64,000 bases of DNA from Eledone cirrhosa (GCA_964016885.1 OZ024740.1:406968001-407032000); one strand, 5' to 3'. Shown: positions 13,175-24,313, counted from the stretch's first letter. Made by a program: numbers and translations. Notes: generated by a model not told the origin, from the sequence alone.

Positions 13175-14939
13175 AACAAAGTCAATCTGTAAACGCAGAA
13201 CTGGATATTTCAAAAAATGTTGCAACCGGAGGAAGACAGGAAGACGATACTTTGGTTCGTGGAAACGTTCGCTGGCAAACAACGGGAAAAAACGAATAAT
13301 ACGTCATTAATAGGAGCGGTGAAAAACAATTACGCGCAAAGACAGAACCACGTTTATGGTATAAAAGAGGTCGTAGACTAATGTTCTCTTAGGTGGTGCA
13401 TAGAGACGTTCTCTGGCAATGAACGAAAAAACGAAGATAATAAGTCATATGTGGAGCATGGAGAACAATAACACGCAAAGACAAAACCACGTAAATGGTA
13501 TAGCAGAAGTTGTAGACTAAAATTCTAACTAGGAGACCAAATGAATCTCCGCAACAGAGTTAAGAACAAAGTAAATAAATACAATACAGAAGTAATAGAA
13601 ACAAATAAATACAAACACGCAAACTGATACGTACATACACAAGCATACGCAAAACCTTACCATAGGTATACAAAACCACGCACATATAAATATGTGTGTG
13701 TATGCTTGTGTACAAATAAATAAATAATTATATAAACGTATATAAGTAAATAAATACGTATATAACAAGCGCACACACATACATACAAATAAATACACGA
13801 AAGTTCGGAGACGTAAGTCAACTAAAACAAGAAGTACACATATACACACACCCACCATACGTACAAACCTGCATACTCCCGCAGACGCAAAACTCCCATA
13901 TACACATAGCCAAACCCTAAATACCAGAATATGTAAAAATTATACGTCATAACAGTCAAATATACGTACGAGAAGGTATACATACCTTCACAAAACATAC
14001 GGGGAATATATACTTACCTATGCAAATGAGTAAAGGAATAAACAAAACATATACTTAGCTCCCACATCAAGACGTAAAATATCCACGTATAGATCGTGCT
14101 ATCCGTTAGGGTATAACGTGGGGCTGTAATACAGGAAAGTTTTGTGCAATTTATGTTTACAAGCCGAAATTGCCTCAGATTTTTTGTTTAAGATGTGGTC
14201 TGTGGCGTAGAGTATTTCCAGGGCCTCAGCGGCGCAGAGGTCACATGGTCTTTTATTTCCGTTATACGATCTAGCCCTAGCTAGGATCTCCCAGTGTAAC
14301 TTATATTGGGTGTGGTTGTCTTTTAGACTCCAGATATAAGCTGAAAGTGACGTCATATTCCTTCTTAGAGGGTAACGAAAAGAATGGGTATGCATGTAAA
14401 GACGCTGCTTGAAACTATTGGCGGTTAACCCTATGTAGGCCCTACGGGACATGGGTGTTACAACCTTACATTTGTAGACAATGTTACTAGAGAGGCATTT
14501 CCCGGATAGGGGGCAATCAGCCCGATTCCTACAATTACAGTTAGTACTAACTACAAGGTTGCACGTGTTCCTACGGCTAGGTAGTTTAGCTAAATTTGAA
14601 GCTGTGATGTTATGTGCAAGGTTAGGAGTCGTAGAGTAGGAAATTTTAATAGTATTTCTATTAAAAATTTACTATCTTTATGTGTAGGGGGAAAATGCTT
14701 CGTAATAAGGGAAAGAAAGATCTTAGCTAGAACTTTAGTCTACAACTTCTGCTATACCATTTACGTGGTTTTGTCTTTGCGTGTTATTGTTCTCCACGCT
14801 CCACATATGACTTATTATCTTCGTTTTTTTGTTCATTGCCAGCGAACGTTTCTACGAACCAAAGTATCGTCTTCCTGTCTTCCTCCGGTTGCAACGTTTT
14901 TTGAAATATCCAGTTCTGCGTTTACAGATTGACTTTGTT

Positions 14940-14990
14940 AGTTTCAGAAGATCCCGTTAAGGGTGAAAGCAGCGATTCTTTGCTTAAACT
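14940..14990 (+). ncRNA. Hammerhead ribozyme variant (core CAGAAGA), inverted pseudo-LTR copy
   Basis: agttt-CAGAAGA-tcccgttaagggt-GAAA-gcagcgattctttgc-TT-aaact; one mismatch in stem III relative to the 13124 copy. Confidence 0.55.
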
Positions 14991-15027
14991 TTAATCTGTT
15001 ATTTTAATAAATATATATATATATATA

Positions 15028-15447
15028 GTATATAAGGGAGAGGATTAGGAGTGTGTAACACTCCACTTATCCAATAGGCAGTATAAGGTTAGCTCAATGT
15101 CTGAGGACAGAGCCGTAATATAATTAACAACAAAGAACGCTTAGAACATAGGTATATCTTTAATTGCTAACAGTGTTTCGTCCACACTATAAGTGGGACT
15201 CATCAGAGCATAAAGAGTGAGTACATATTACACAAGCATTAACAAAGCCAAGACAGAAGAATATATATGGGGATGCCATAAGTTGGGAGGAGTTTAAAGA
15301 GTAGAGTGAATAGAGTGAGATAGTGTAGAAAATAAAATTGTAGGATAAAGAATAGTAAAAAGTAAAAAATAAACATTGAAGAAATAAAAAATAAACATTG
15401 AAAAATAAGCATTGAAAAATAAGAGGTGCTATCACTCGCAGTTGGGC
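15028..15447 (-). mobile_element. Probable solo Penelope pseudo-LTR fragment
   Basis: Non-coding, bounded by (TA)n, contains a canonical hammerhead core. Confidence 0.55.
15164..15211 (-). ncRNA. Minimal type I hammerhead ribozyme
   Basis: Reverse complement: tgct-CTGATGA-gtcc cac ttata gtg t ggac-GAAAC-act-GTT-agca; perfect core, strong stem II, 4-bp stem I, minimal stem III, GUU site. Confidence 0.8.
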
Positions 15448-15461
15448 ATATATATATATAT

Positions 15462-15867
15462 ATACATAAATGGCAATTTCTGTCTGTTTGTGAACCTAAA
15501 ACTCAAAAACTACCAAACCTATCTTGATGAAACTTGACACATGTGTGGGGCTCATGCCCATTTGATTTCTTAAGTATATTTCATTTTAATCAAAGGGTTC
15601 CCCGAGGGCTCAAATCTGCGCTGAAAATTTTTTCCCTTCGATTTATATGAAATTTAAACCATAGGTAAATGACAAGATATGATGCCTATTCACAAAAGTT
15701 TTCAATTGATATTTTCAAAAAAATTATTTACAAGAAACAAAATAAGAATAAGATTTAATAATGTAATTTTGATGTGATATATTACAAAAAATAATGTTTT
15801 CCAATTTTTCATGTATTACATTTTACATTCAGTAATATTGAAATGCAGAGTTTTTCTCCATAAATGT
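15462..15867 (+). mobile_element. Possible non-autonomous Helitron-like (HINE/DINE-type) 5' fragment
   Basis: ataaatggcaatttctgtctgtttgt...aaaactaccaaacctatcttgatgaaacttgacac resembles conserved 5' blocks of invertebrate non-autonomous Helitrons; no 3' hairpin seen. Confidence 0.4.
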
Positions 15868-16207
15868 ATCATCATCATCATCATCATCATCATCAGGTTT
15901 AGCGTCCGTGTTCCACGCTTGCATGGGTTTGGACGGGGGTTTTCCCACTTGAGGCAAGAGTGGTTGTCTTGCTCGCATAGGACTGTCTGGCGGGTTTTCT
16001 ACAGTTGGATGCCCTTCCTAACACCAACCACATTTACAGTGTGGGGCTGGGAGGTTTTTACCGTGTTGCCTACACGGCCACATTACAGCGTGGACTGTCT
16101 GGCGGGTTTTCTACAGCTGGATGCCCTTCCTAACACCAACCACATTTACAGTGTGGGGCTGGGAGGTTTTTACCGTGTTGCCTACACGGCCACATTTACA
16201 GCGTGGA

Positions 16208-16215
<8 letters not shown>
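15868..16215 (-). mobile_element. RTE subfamily A 3' UTR fragment with internal tandem duplication
   Basis: (CAT)n tail; block ggactgtctggcggg...acagcgtggactgt present twice (about 15980-16090 and 16092-16211). Confidence 0.85.
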
Positions 16216-16239
<24 letters not shown>

Positions 16240-16314
16240 GTGTGTGTGTATATATATATATATATGTGTGTGTGTGTATATATATATGTGTGTATGTGTA
16301 TATATATATGTATG

Positions 16315-16351
<37 letters not shown>

Positions 16352-16452
16352 GTATATATATATATATATATGTGTGTATATAGATAAATCTACCAAAATA
16401 TACGGTAGTGTCCAAAAATTATTTACAAGAAACAAAATAAGAATAAGATTTA

Positions 16453-16622
16453 ATTGTTTCTACTTTAGGCACAAGGCCAGCAATTACCCAGTGCATTACT
16501 GGTACTTTATTTTATCGACCCCGTAAGGATGAAAGGCAAAGTCAACCTCGGCGGGATTTGAACTCAGATCATAAAGGGACGTAACTATGCTGGAAAGCAT
16601 GGCGTCCGACCCTCTACCGATA
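16453..16622 (-). mobile_element. tRNA-derived SINE family A, 5'-truncated, with TSD
   Basis: B box GAGTTCAAATCC, central gcctttcatccttacggggtcgataaaataaagtaccag, tail ccttgtgcctaaagtagaaac; flanked by aagatttaat duplication. Confidence 0.85.
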
Positions 16623-16794
16623 AAGATTTAATAATGTAATTTTGATTTGATATATTACAAAAAATAATGTTTTCCAAAATATACGGTAGTGTCCAATCCG
16701 TATGAAGAACTCAATGTAATCCAAATATCATGAAAAGAGAAGATGTATTCAAACATTTTTTCGATGAAAATCACAGGAAAACAGAGTCAAGATA

Positions 16795-17133
16795 AATTAA
16801 TAAAAACAATGAATAAAAACAAAGAAACAGTTCTTTATATTAAAAAATTCATCATTTTACGATCGTTTCTAGGATATATATGTGTGTGTTGGTATGTATA
16901 TCATATAGATCTATGTAAAAATTTTACAAACTATCAGAAATAATTATTTCTGAAGACAGCATATATATGTGTAGGTATGTATATTTCCTCTGATAGTTTG
17001 TAAAATTTTTACATAGATCTATATGACATACATACCAACACACACATATATATCCTAGAAACGATCGTAAAATGATGAATTTTTTAATATAAGGAACTGT
17101 TTCTTTGTTTTTATTCATTGTTTTTATTAATTT
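16795..17133. repeat. About 145-bp inverted repeat with about 50-nt spacer
   Basis: 16795-16938 is the near-perfect reverse complement of 16989-17133. Confidence 0.9.
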
Positions 17134-17196
17134 ATATGTGAGTATATATATATATATATATATTTGCGTGTGTGTATATATATATATATATGCGTG

Positions 17197-17253
<57 letters not shown>

Positions 17254-18645
17254 GTGTGTATGTATATATATATGTGTGTGTGTTTATATATATATATAAA
17301 TATATATATATTTCAGTTTAAAATGTAATTGGAGTCTTTAAGAAGGTTTATTTAACCGGTTTCACAAGTTTCATGATTTTCAAAAGTTAAGGGAGATGGA
17401 GAGATGTGTGGCTATGCTGACTTGTAACTCACACCTAACTGATGCTGGGAATGTCTTTCAGTTTTATGCAAAAAATGTTTGAAGTGTAATTTGATAGACT
17501 GAGGAAGATCACGTGATTAGGCATCAAATGTTTTGTTAATTTGACTTATATTCCCATAAATTGAGATTTTGGCATAAGTTTAATATATATATATATTAGC
17601 CTGAGATCACCATTGATATAACAGATTTATGGTGAATCATGTTCCAGCTGCACCTTTCTTGTGTTATATTTAGATAGTATATCTAGGACTACATTATCCA
17701 ATGTAACCAAAGGTGGTAGGTTATGATTTGAGAAAGATTTGGCTGGTATTTCTAAAATGTTGAACTATCATGTAGAAGCATCCTCATTGGGTTTTGATCA
17801 GCAAATGAATAAGTCTCAAGACATAACCATTTTTTTGTCATACAGCAAAACTTTTCTTAATATTTTTTTCCTTGATTCATGTCAACAATTTAACAGTTTA
17901 TATTGTTAGCACAATGATGATATTGATTGAGAAGTATAGTTGATTAAATCATCCAAAGTAGATGTCTGGTACTTATGATTTGGGCCCCAAATTTGGATTG
18001 GGCAGGATTTAAAGACAAGAATAGTCTAAAAACATTAGTTTCTTCTCTAAAGAGAATAAAACAGCAGATTTCTTTTTTCTTTGTAGTGTTTCAATCTTTT
18101 AGCCAATTTGTTAATCAGACATGTTTAGTTGGTCTTTTCAATGCTGTTTGCTGGTATCGACATGGCAACTGTGATTTTCTGGATGAAAATGTCTGAAAAT
18201 TTTTGTTATATGTTATTATGCTGTTTTTCTTTTTTTTTTTTTCATTAAAAAAAATTTTTTTTTAGATCTTTAGTTAATGTCTTTTAATTAATTTGGTAGT
18301 CAAAACCCATGCTATGACACATTCTCTGCCTCCAGCCTTGTCACTGCAGATAGAGAGCCAAATACTGGGACTTAATGTGCCACTTCCTTTTCCTGCCATT
18401 TGCTATCAAGACTTCTAGTGTCTTTGGTACTCAAACTGCCTTTCCTCTGCAAAATTGAAAGGAGTGCATCCCAACTGAGGAAGAGGTCTCATGAGGTGGA
18501 GTGGCTGATGCAACAGGTGTCGCTAGTTGTTCTCCATAGCAGTGCCATTGCCATTTTGTTTGCACAGCACAGCTGAGATATACCAACTAGATGGGTGTAC
18601 AGTCTGCCACCTCCACTTTCCTCACCTTCAATATTTAATATTTTT

Positions 18646-18651
18646 TTTATT
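18646..18651 (-). promoter_or_regulatory. Candidate polyadenylation signal AATAAA for the TLR
   Basis: tttatt on plus strand about 35 nt past the stop codon; AT-rich context makes chance occurrence likely. Confidence 0.3.
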
Positions 18652-18684
18652 ACAAACATTATATATTCTTTTATAATCAGCAGT

Positions 18685-21600
18685 CTATATTTTAGAATTT
18701 TTCTTTGATGGGAGAGCAAACCGAAGTTTATCCCAAAACCAAGGATCATCATATTTTAAATAAGTTTTAGATTTTAAGTAACATTTGAGGTCTGGATCCA
18801 ATAAATCTTCATTGATATTTTCATAAAGAACAATAATTAGAGTGTTCATTTTTTTGGAAAGCCCTTCATAATGTGCTGTTTGGAATTCGTACTTGCACCA
18901 TTCACTCTTTAGAAAGCTGTCTGTAAGTAACAGTATAGTTCTTTTGCTATTTTCAATGCTGTTGATAATATTTTCAGTAATTTGTATGCCAACTTCAAAG
19001 TCACGGAAATGGACACACAACTTAAATGGTGGATCGTTCTGCTCAAGTTGTGGAAGCAAATCATTTAATACAAATAGATCCAGAGAATTATCAAAAGATA
19101 CAAATGCATCATACATTTTATTTTCTTCATCAATCTTTAGTTTCTTTGACATGAAATGGTATCCAAAATGAACAAATAAATATAGCTGAATTTCTTGTCG
19201 ATAAACATAGGATATAATTGTCAAGATAAATATCAATACTATTAGAGAAGAAAAAGTAGAAACACTTGATATAAGAACCTTGTCTTTATAGTGGGAATAT
19301 TTTGTTGTTATGTTAACTGTGGTATTTATACAGAATTCTTTTCCATAATGCAAAATACTAATTGATAGATTAGAATTGTTACAAAAAATCTGTTCTCCAT
19401 CAGCAAGTAATTCATTATTTTTAATAATTATGTCTTCAAAATGACTAACATCATCACATTCACAAGACCATGGATTTTCATTGAGATAGATTTTTTGTAA
19501 AGCTTTACTAGAAAACATTTCATTATTTATTGTTTGCAATTTGTTGTTCCGTAAATCCAAATACTTAAGTTTAGGCATTTCAGAAAAAGTGTTCACTGGG
19601 ATGTATTGAATTTTATTATTATCAAGTAGTAGTTCCTGTAGGTTTTTTAAACCCGAAAAGCTCTTTTGCTGTAAGGCAATTATGAGATTATTTTGCAAAT
19701 ATAATTTTTTCAAATTTGTAAACGTAATGAATGTTTCATTGGCAACTATTGATACTTGGGAATTATTTAGATATAAAACATCAGCTTGCTGGTGGTTAGT
19801 GAAGTTAGTATTGTAAAAATAACTCAACTTATTTCCACTAAGATCAATAAAAGTAGCAACTGATGGTATTCTCTCCAACTGTGTCAAATTGGATTTTCTG
19901 CAGTCAATGTTATGGATGTTCCTGTCATTTGTGTATAAACACAAACACTTCTGTGGACAAACATTCCAGCAAAGACAGTTTTGAGATGTTCCGCAACATT
20001 TACAATTAAAAGAACAATAGTCAAACTCTCTATATTTACACAAAAAATCATTTATATCTATATCGTTTAAAAATCCAAATGGTAACCAAGGTTCATATCT
20101 GTAACAAAACAGGATATCAGGCAATACATTTTCATTAGCATATTTTGAAGCATCCATGAGCCTTTTTTTCAACCACCTTAATTTGCAGTCACATCTGAAA
20201 TTATTGTTACGTAATAAAATTCGACTTCGTGTATCACCAGTGTAGAAAAGATTAAACGAACTTATAGTTCTTAATTGATTTGATCTGAGATTCAATTCAA
20301 TCAAGCCTTTCATGTTAGCAATTATATCATCATGCAGAGTTGCTATTTTGTTATGAGACAAATTTATTTCTGTTAATGTTGTAGGAAACATTGCCTTTTC
20401 TATTTTTGTTAATTGGTTGTATTGACAAAGGAAAATTCTCAGAGATTGTAAATGACTTATTGTATCAACTCCTAGATGTTTTATGTTATTAAAAGCAATA
20501 TTTAGTCCCAATAAAAAATATAAATTTTTGAAATGTGCTTTATCAATATTTGATATGTTGTTTTTTTTCAAATTAAGGACTTGAAGGTATTGTAACTGTG
20601 AAAATGCTTCTTTTTCAATAATTTCTATGTCATTGAAGGCCAGACTTAAACTTTTGAGATGATTACCATTCTGAATGACAGAAACTTTTCTAATGTAATT
20701 CTTACTTAAATCAAGGATTTGTAATGTTAGGGGTATCTTTGGTATACGACTCAATAAGTTTGTTGATAAATTCAAATGATAAATCTTTGATAGAGGCAAA
20801 AAAACATCATCATCAAGTATTGGAATTTGGTTATCATCTAAAATGAGTACTATTAAATTAGGAAGCCCTTTGAAAGCAAATTTATGCACTGATGAAATAT
20901 TGTTTTCAGAAAGTTGCAATGATATTAAAGATTTACATAACTGAAATGAATTTGGGAGAATAGTTGTGATTTTATTTTTATTTAGACTAATATGTTGAAG
21001 ATGTTGCAATTTTGATACAAATGTAGGGATGTATGTTAAATTACAGTTTTCCAAATTGACTGTTCTAAGTGGCTTCCTTTTTAGAAAATTCCATATTCTG
21101 TCACCCAAAAATATATTTTTAGCTAGAAACACATTTATGTTTGATAAATTCAGTAGTGTATTAGGTATTTCTTTTATTGGATTATCTGAGATATCAAAAT
21201 AATACAAATTGTAGGAAAAGTCAAAAGACTTTTGTGGTAAATTACTCAAGAAATTATTTGAAAGATCTATATATTCTAAATTTTGAAGATTAGAAAAAGC
21301 ATCTTCCTGAACAGTTATAATTCTGTTGCTCTGTAACAAAAGATACTGTACTGATTTAAAAATACCACTGAAAATAGCAGGTATAATTTTCAATTTGTTA
21401 TGATTCAACTGAAGTATAGTTATATTAAATGACATTGGGTTTTGTAAACAAAGATTGAAAACCGCAGATACATTTTCAATATTGTTTTCTGCTAAATCTA
21501 AAGTTTTCAGTTTATTGTGTTGGCATAGGGAATTTATTGGCAATTTAGATAACTTGCATTTGTTGATTTTCAAGGTTTCCAAATTAGTAAGACCTTTGAA

Positions 21601-22005
21601 AGTATTTGAATGTATTGCTGAAATTTTTCCAATGTATATAGTAAGGTTTCTAAGATTATCTAAACCAAGAAATATATTTTCTGGTAGATTATTAAAATAA
21701 CAAGTTTCAAAGATGAGTTTTCTCAAATTGATTAAATGCTTGAATGGGCTATTATTAGCTAAATTAGTGGGGAAGCTGTCTTTATTACATTTTATATATA
21801 GATATGTTGTATTTTCTGCAGACAATGAAGAGAAGACATGATAATTGTCTGGCTTTAAGTTATAGAAATAACAAACAACAACTGAACCTGGTGCTGCATT
21901 TGGAGATGTACAATCACATTGAAATGGGCAGTTATATGATTTTCCATACTGCACCAAATAGGTTCCAGTGAAAAACAATAGAAAACATATAAAATGATTG
22001 CATAA
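18685..22005 (-). CDS. Toll-like receptor, multiple-cysteine-cluster (protostome Toll) type; 5' end in or beyond gap
   Basis: Single open frame of at least 1106 codons: hydrophobic signal-like LCNHFICFLLFFTG, LRRNT (CPFQCDC), about 20 LRRs, LRRCT (NNFRCDCKLRW), second LRRNT (CPQKCLC...IDC), further LRRs, LRRCT (NPWSCEC), TM (LIVLIFILTIISYVY), TIR (YDAFVSF, LCVHFRDFEVG, FLKSEWCKYEF, FWDKLRFALP). Confidence 0.96.
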   Translation of the reverse strand, partial: LCNHFICFLLFFTGTYLVQYGKSYNCPFQCDCTSPNAAPGSVVVCYFYNLKPDNYHVFSSLSAENTTYLYIKCNKDSFPTNLANNSPFKHLINLRKLIFETCYFNNLPENIFLGLDNLRNLTIYIGKISAIHSNTFKGLTNLETLKINKCKLSKLPINSLCQHNKLKTLDLAENNIENVSAVFNLCLQNPMSFNITILQLNHNKLKIIPAIFSGIFKSVQYLLLQSNRIITVQEDAFSNLQNLEYIDLSNNFLSNLPQKSFDFSYNLYYFDISDNPIKEIPNTLLNLSNINVFLAKNIFLGDRIWNFLKRKPLRTVNLENCNLTYIPTFVSKLQHLQHISLNKNKITTILPNSFQLCKSLISLQLSENNISSVHKFAFKGLPNLIVLILDDNQIPILDDDVFLPLSKIYHLNLSTNLLSRIPKIPLTLQILDLSKNYIRKVSVIQNGNHLKSLSLAFNDIEIIEKEAFSQLQYLQVLNLKKNNISNIDKAHFKNLYFLLGLNIAFNNIKHLGVDTISHLQSLRIFLCQYNQLTKIEKAMFPTTLTEINLSHNKIATLHDDIIANMKGLIELNLRSNQLRTISSFNLFYTGDTRSRILLRNNNFRCDCKLRWLKKRLMDASKYANENVLPDILFCYRYEPWLPFGFLNDIDINDFLCKYREFDYCSFNCKCCGTSQNCLCWNVCPQKCLCLYTNDRNIHNIDCRKSNLTQLERIPSVATFIDLSGNKLSYFYNTNFTNHQQADVLYLNNSQVSIVANETFITFTNLKKLYLQNNLIIALQQKSFSGLKNLQELLLDNNKIQYIPVNTFSEMPKLKYLDLRNNKLQTINNEMFSSKALQKIYLNENPWSCECDDVSHFEDIIIKNNELLADGEQIFCNNSNLSISILHYGKEFCINTTVNITTKYSHYKDKVLISSVSTFSSLIVLIFILTIISYVYRQEIQLYLFVHFGYHFMSKKLKIDEENKMYDAFVSFDNSLDLFVLNDLLPQLEQNDPPFKLCVHFRDFEVGIQITENIINSIENSKRTILLLTDSFLKSEWCKYEFQTAHYEGLSKKMNTLIIVLYENINEDLLDPDLKCYLKSKTYLKYDDPWFWDKLRFALPSKKNSKI

Positions 22006-22205
22006 NNNNNNNNNNNNNNNNNNNNNNNNNNNNNNNNNNNNNNNNNNNNNNNNNNNNNNNNNNNNNNNNNNNNNNNNNNNNNNNNNNNNNNNNNNNNNNN
22101 NNNNNNNNNNNNNNNNNNNNNNNNNNNNNNNNNNNNNNNNNNNNNNNNNNNNNNNNNNNNNNNNNNNNNNNNNNNNNNNNNNNNNNNNNNNNNNNNNNNN
22201 NNNNN
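22006..22205. other. Assembly gap (200 N)
   Basis: Run of N. Confidence 1.
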
Positions 22206-22727
22206 CACCATCATCTCCACCACCATCATCTCTACCACCATCATCTCTACCACCATCACCACCACCATCATCTCCACCACCACCACCTCCACCACCATCA
22301 TCTGCACCACCATCTCCACCACCATCATCTCTACCACCACCACCATCACCACCACCATCATCTCTACCACCACCACCATCACCACCACCATCATCTCCAC
22401 CACCATCATCTCCACCACCATCATCTCCACCACCATCATCTCCACCACCATCACCACCACCATCATCTCCATCACCATCATCTCCACCACCATCATCACT
22501 ACCACCATCAACACTACCACCACCATCTCGACCACCATCTCTACCACCATCATCTCCACCACCTTTTCCACCACCAACTCTACCACCTCCAACACCATCA
22601 TCTCTACCACCATCATCTCCACCTCCATCTCCATCACTCTCTCTCTCTTTCCCTTTCTCTTTCTCTTTCTCTCTCTTTCTCTCTCTCTTTTTCTCTTTCT
22701 CTCTCTTTCTCTCTCTCTTTTTCTCTT

Positions 22728-22764
<37 letters not shown>

Positions 22765-22920
22765 TTCCCTCTCTCTTTCTTTCTTTCTTTCTCACTCTCT
22801 TTCTCTCTCTCTCTTTCTGTCTCCCTCTCTGTCTCTGTCTCTCTCTCTGTCTCTCTCTCTCTCTCCTTCTCTGTCTTTCTCTATCTCTTCCTCTGTCTCT
22901 CTCTCTCTCTCTTTCTCTCA
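22206..22920. repeat. (CCA/TCA/CT) trinucleotide-type repeat (22206-22635) followed by (CT)n tract
   Basis: Direct inspection. Confidence 0.95.
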
Positions 22921-23119
22921 GAAAGGGAGATAATTGTCAGACAAATTCCACCATGAATATGGAAATATAAAAAAAATTGAATTTAAAAACTGCTTTTTAC
23001 TTCACTATAAAATGTCATATAAACCTTTCAGATGAGGAGGTAAATAATGAATATACTGTTTTATGGGGATTCTTTTTTTTAGTTTCTGAATAAACACACA
23101 CGCACAAACCTCATTTATT

Positions 23120-23151
<32 letters not shown>

Positions 23152-23566
23152 CAGAGACGTGTATCTCGATTTGCTTTTTTTTTTTATGCTTTTTATCAAA
23201 TGTTATAAAGAAAATTTATATCTAAACTGACTACAATTACTTTAGTTATCTTTAACCATTAAATAAAGATACAATTTCTTATATGTATACTGAATTTGTA
23301 TTTAAATATCTACTAAATATTTGTTTGGTCTTATGCAGTGCCGGATTTAGGACAAGACCATGTGTTAGTTAAGTTATGAGGCCACTTACTCATAAAAAAT
23401 TCATTGTAAAAAATATTTTTGGCAGGAAGATGTGGCCCTGTGCTTAACCACACCTAAGCACAATGATCTTATGGGTAAAATACTGCATCTTCACAATAGT
23501 TTTCTAGTTCAATCTGTCTTCAGCAATATGTATGCTAAAATCTGATTGAATCTGTGATAATAATTC

Positions 23567-23792
23567 ATCATCATCATCGTTTAACGTCCATCTTCCACGC
23601 TAGCATGGGTTGTTTCTACTTTTTGGCACAAGGCCACCAATTACCCAGTACATTACTGGTACTTTATTTTATCAACCCCGTAAGGATGAAAGACAAAGTT
23701 AACCTCAGCGGGATTTGAACTCAGAATGGCAAGGGCCGTAACTCTATGCATCAAAGCATAGCGTCCGACTCTCTACCGATACTGCCAATTCG
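23567..23792 (-). mobile_element. SINE family A joined to the last 45 nt or so of an RTE subfamily B tail
   Basis: catcatcatcgtttaacgtccatcttccacgctagcatgggtt abuts gtttctactttttggcacaagg...ctctaccgatactgccaattc. Confidence 0.8.
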
Positions 23793-23794
23793 AT

Positions 23795-23975
23795 AATAAA
23801 AATAATGAAATTGTGTACAGTGCTCAGGCGCACTACAACTCATCAAAGGTGCATGTATAGTACATAGAATAATGTACAAATGTCAGGAAAACGAACAGTG
23901 TACGAGTCATGAAATATGTGTGTGTGTATGGAGGTGGGACATCAGGTGTAGTGTTGGCGAATCTCAGGAAGCATG
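23795..23975 (-). mobile_element. LINE 3' end (CR1/L2-like), copy 1
   Basis: Near-identical to 27843-28045; minus strand ends MLPEIRQHYT* followed by UTR and (ATT)n tail. Confidence 0.5.
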
Positions 23976-24109
23976 TGCTATGAATCTTGAAAAAACTGAA
24001 CAACAGTCACTTCCTTAACTAGGTTCATTCAAAGGTTCTTTATTTTAAAGTAGAGGGAAAAAAGGAAGTTGTGGTATTTATGCCTTTTCCAATGTAATTA
24101 CTGACTTAA

Positions 24110-24313
24110 CCCTTTAGCATTTACGTTATTCTATATATACTATATTTTCTCAGTAAAGGCTTTATCTCACATAATATCGAATCTACAAGATTTTGATATT
24201 ATTTATTTTGAGAACAATACCTTAACATCAGTATGAGCAGCTGGTTACAACCGGTTTGAACAGAAAAGGTGAGAGAATTCTGGCTGGATATGGCTGGTTT
24301 AAATGCTAAAGGG
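24110..24313. mobile_element. TTAA-flanked MITE (piggyBac-like)
   Basis: TTAA-ccctttagcattta ... taaatgctaaaggg-TTAA terminal inverted repeats. Confidence 0.85.

Larger units (their letters stand above)
13030..15013 (-). mobile_element. Penelope-like element, 5'-truncated, with inverted pseudo-LTR
   Basis: CNCRNRADCPLSGKCLSSNIVYKC...AYIGLTANSFKQRLYMH...CDLCAAEAL...LNKKSE...CKHK (about 14099-14545); about 13100-13530 recurs inverted at about 14725-15013. Confidence 0.88.

Noticed and set aside
17350-17470. Another hammerhead (gaaaccggtt palindrome on the minus strand)
   Set aside because: No intact CUGANGA or convincing stem II.
21976-21978. TLR start as given by the ORF track
   Set aside because: It is a TTG; the frame stays open to the gap at 22005, so the true ATG is missing.
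21855-22933. Pro/Ser-rich extensin-like or Met/Val-rich ORFs
   Set aside because: Simple trinucleotide and (CT)n repeats read through an N gap.
23471-23545. ATG GGT AAA as NCS first exon (MGK...)
   Set aside because: Continues ILHLHNSF, lacks the SKL motif and a suitable donor, and reaches a stop.
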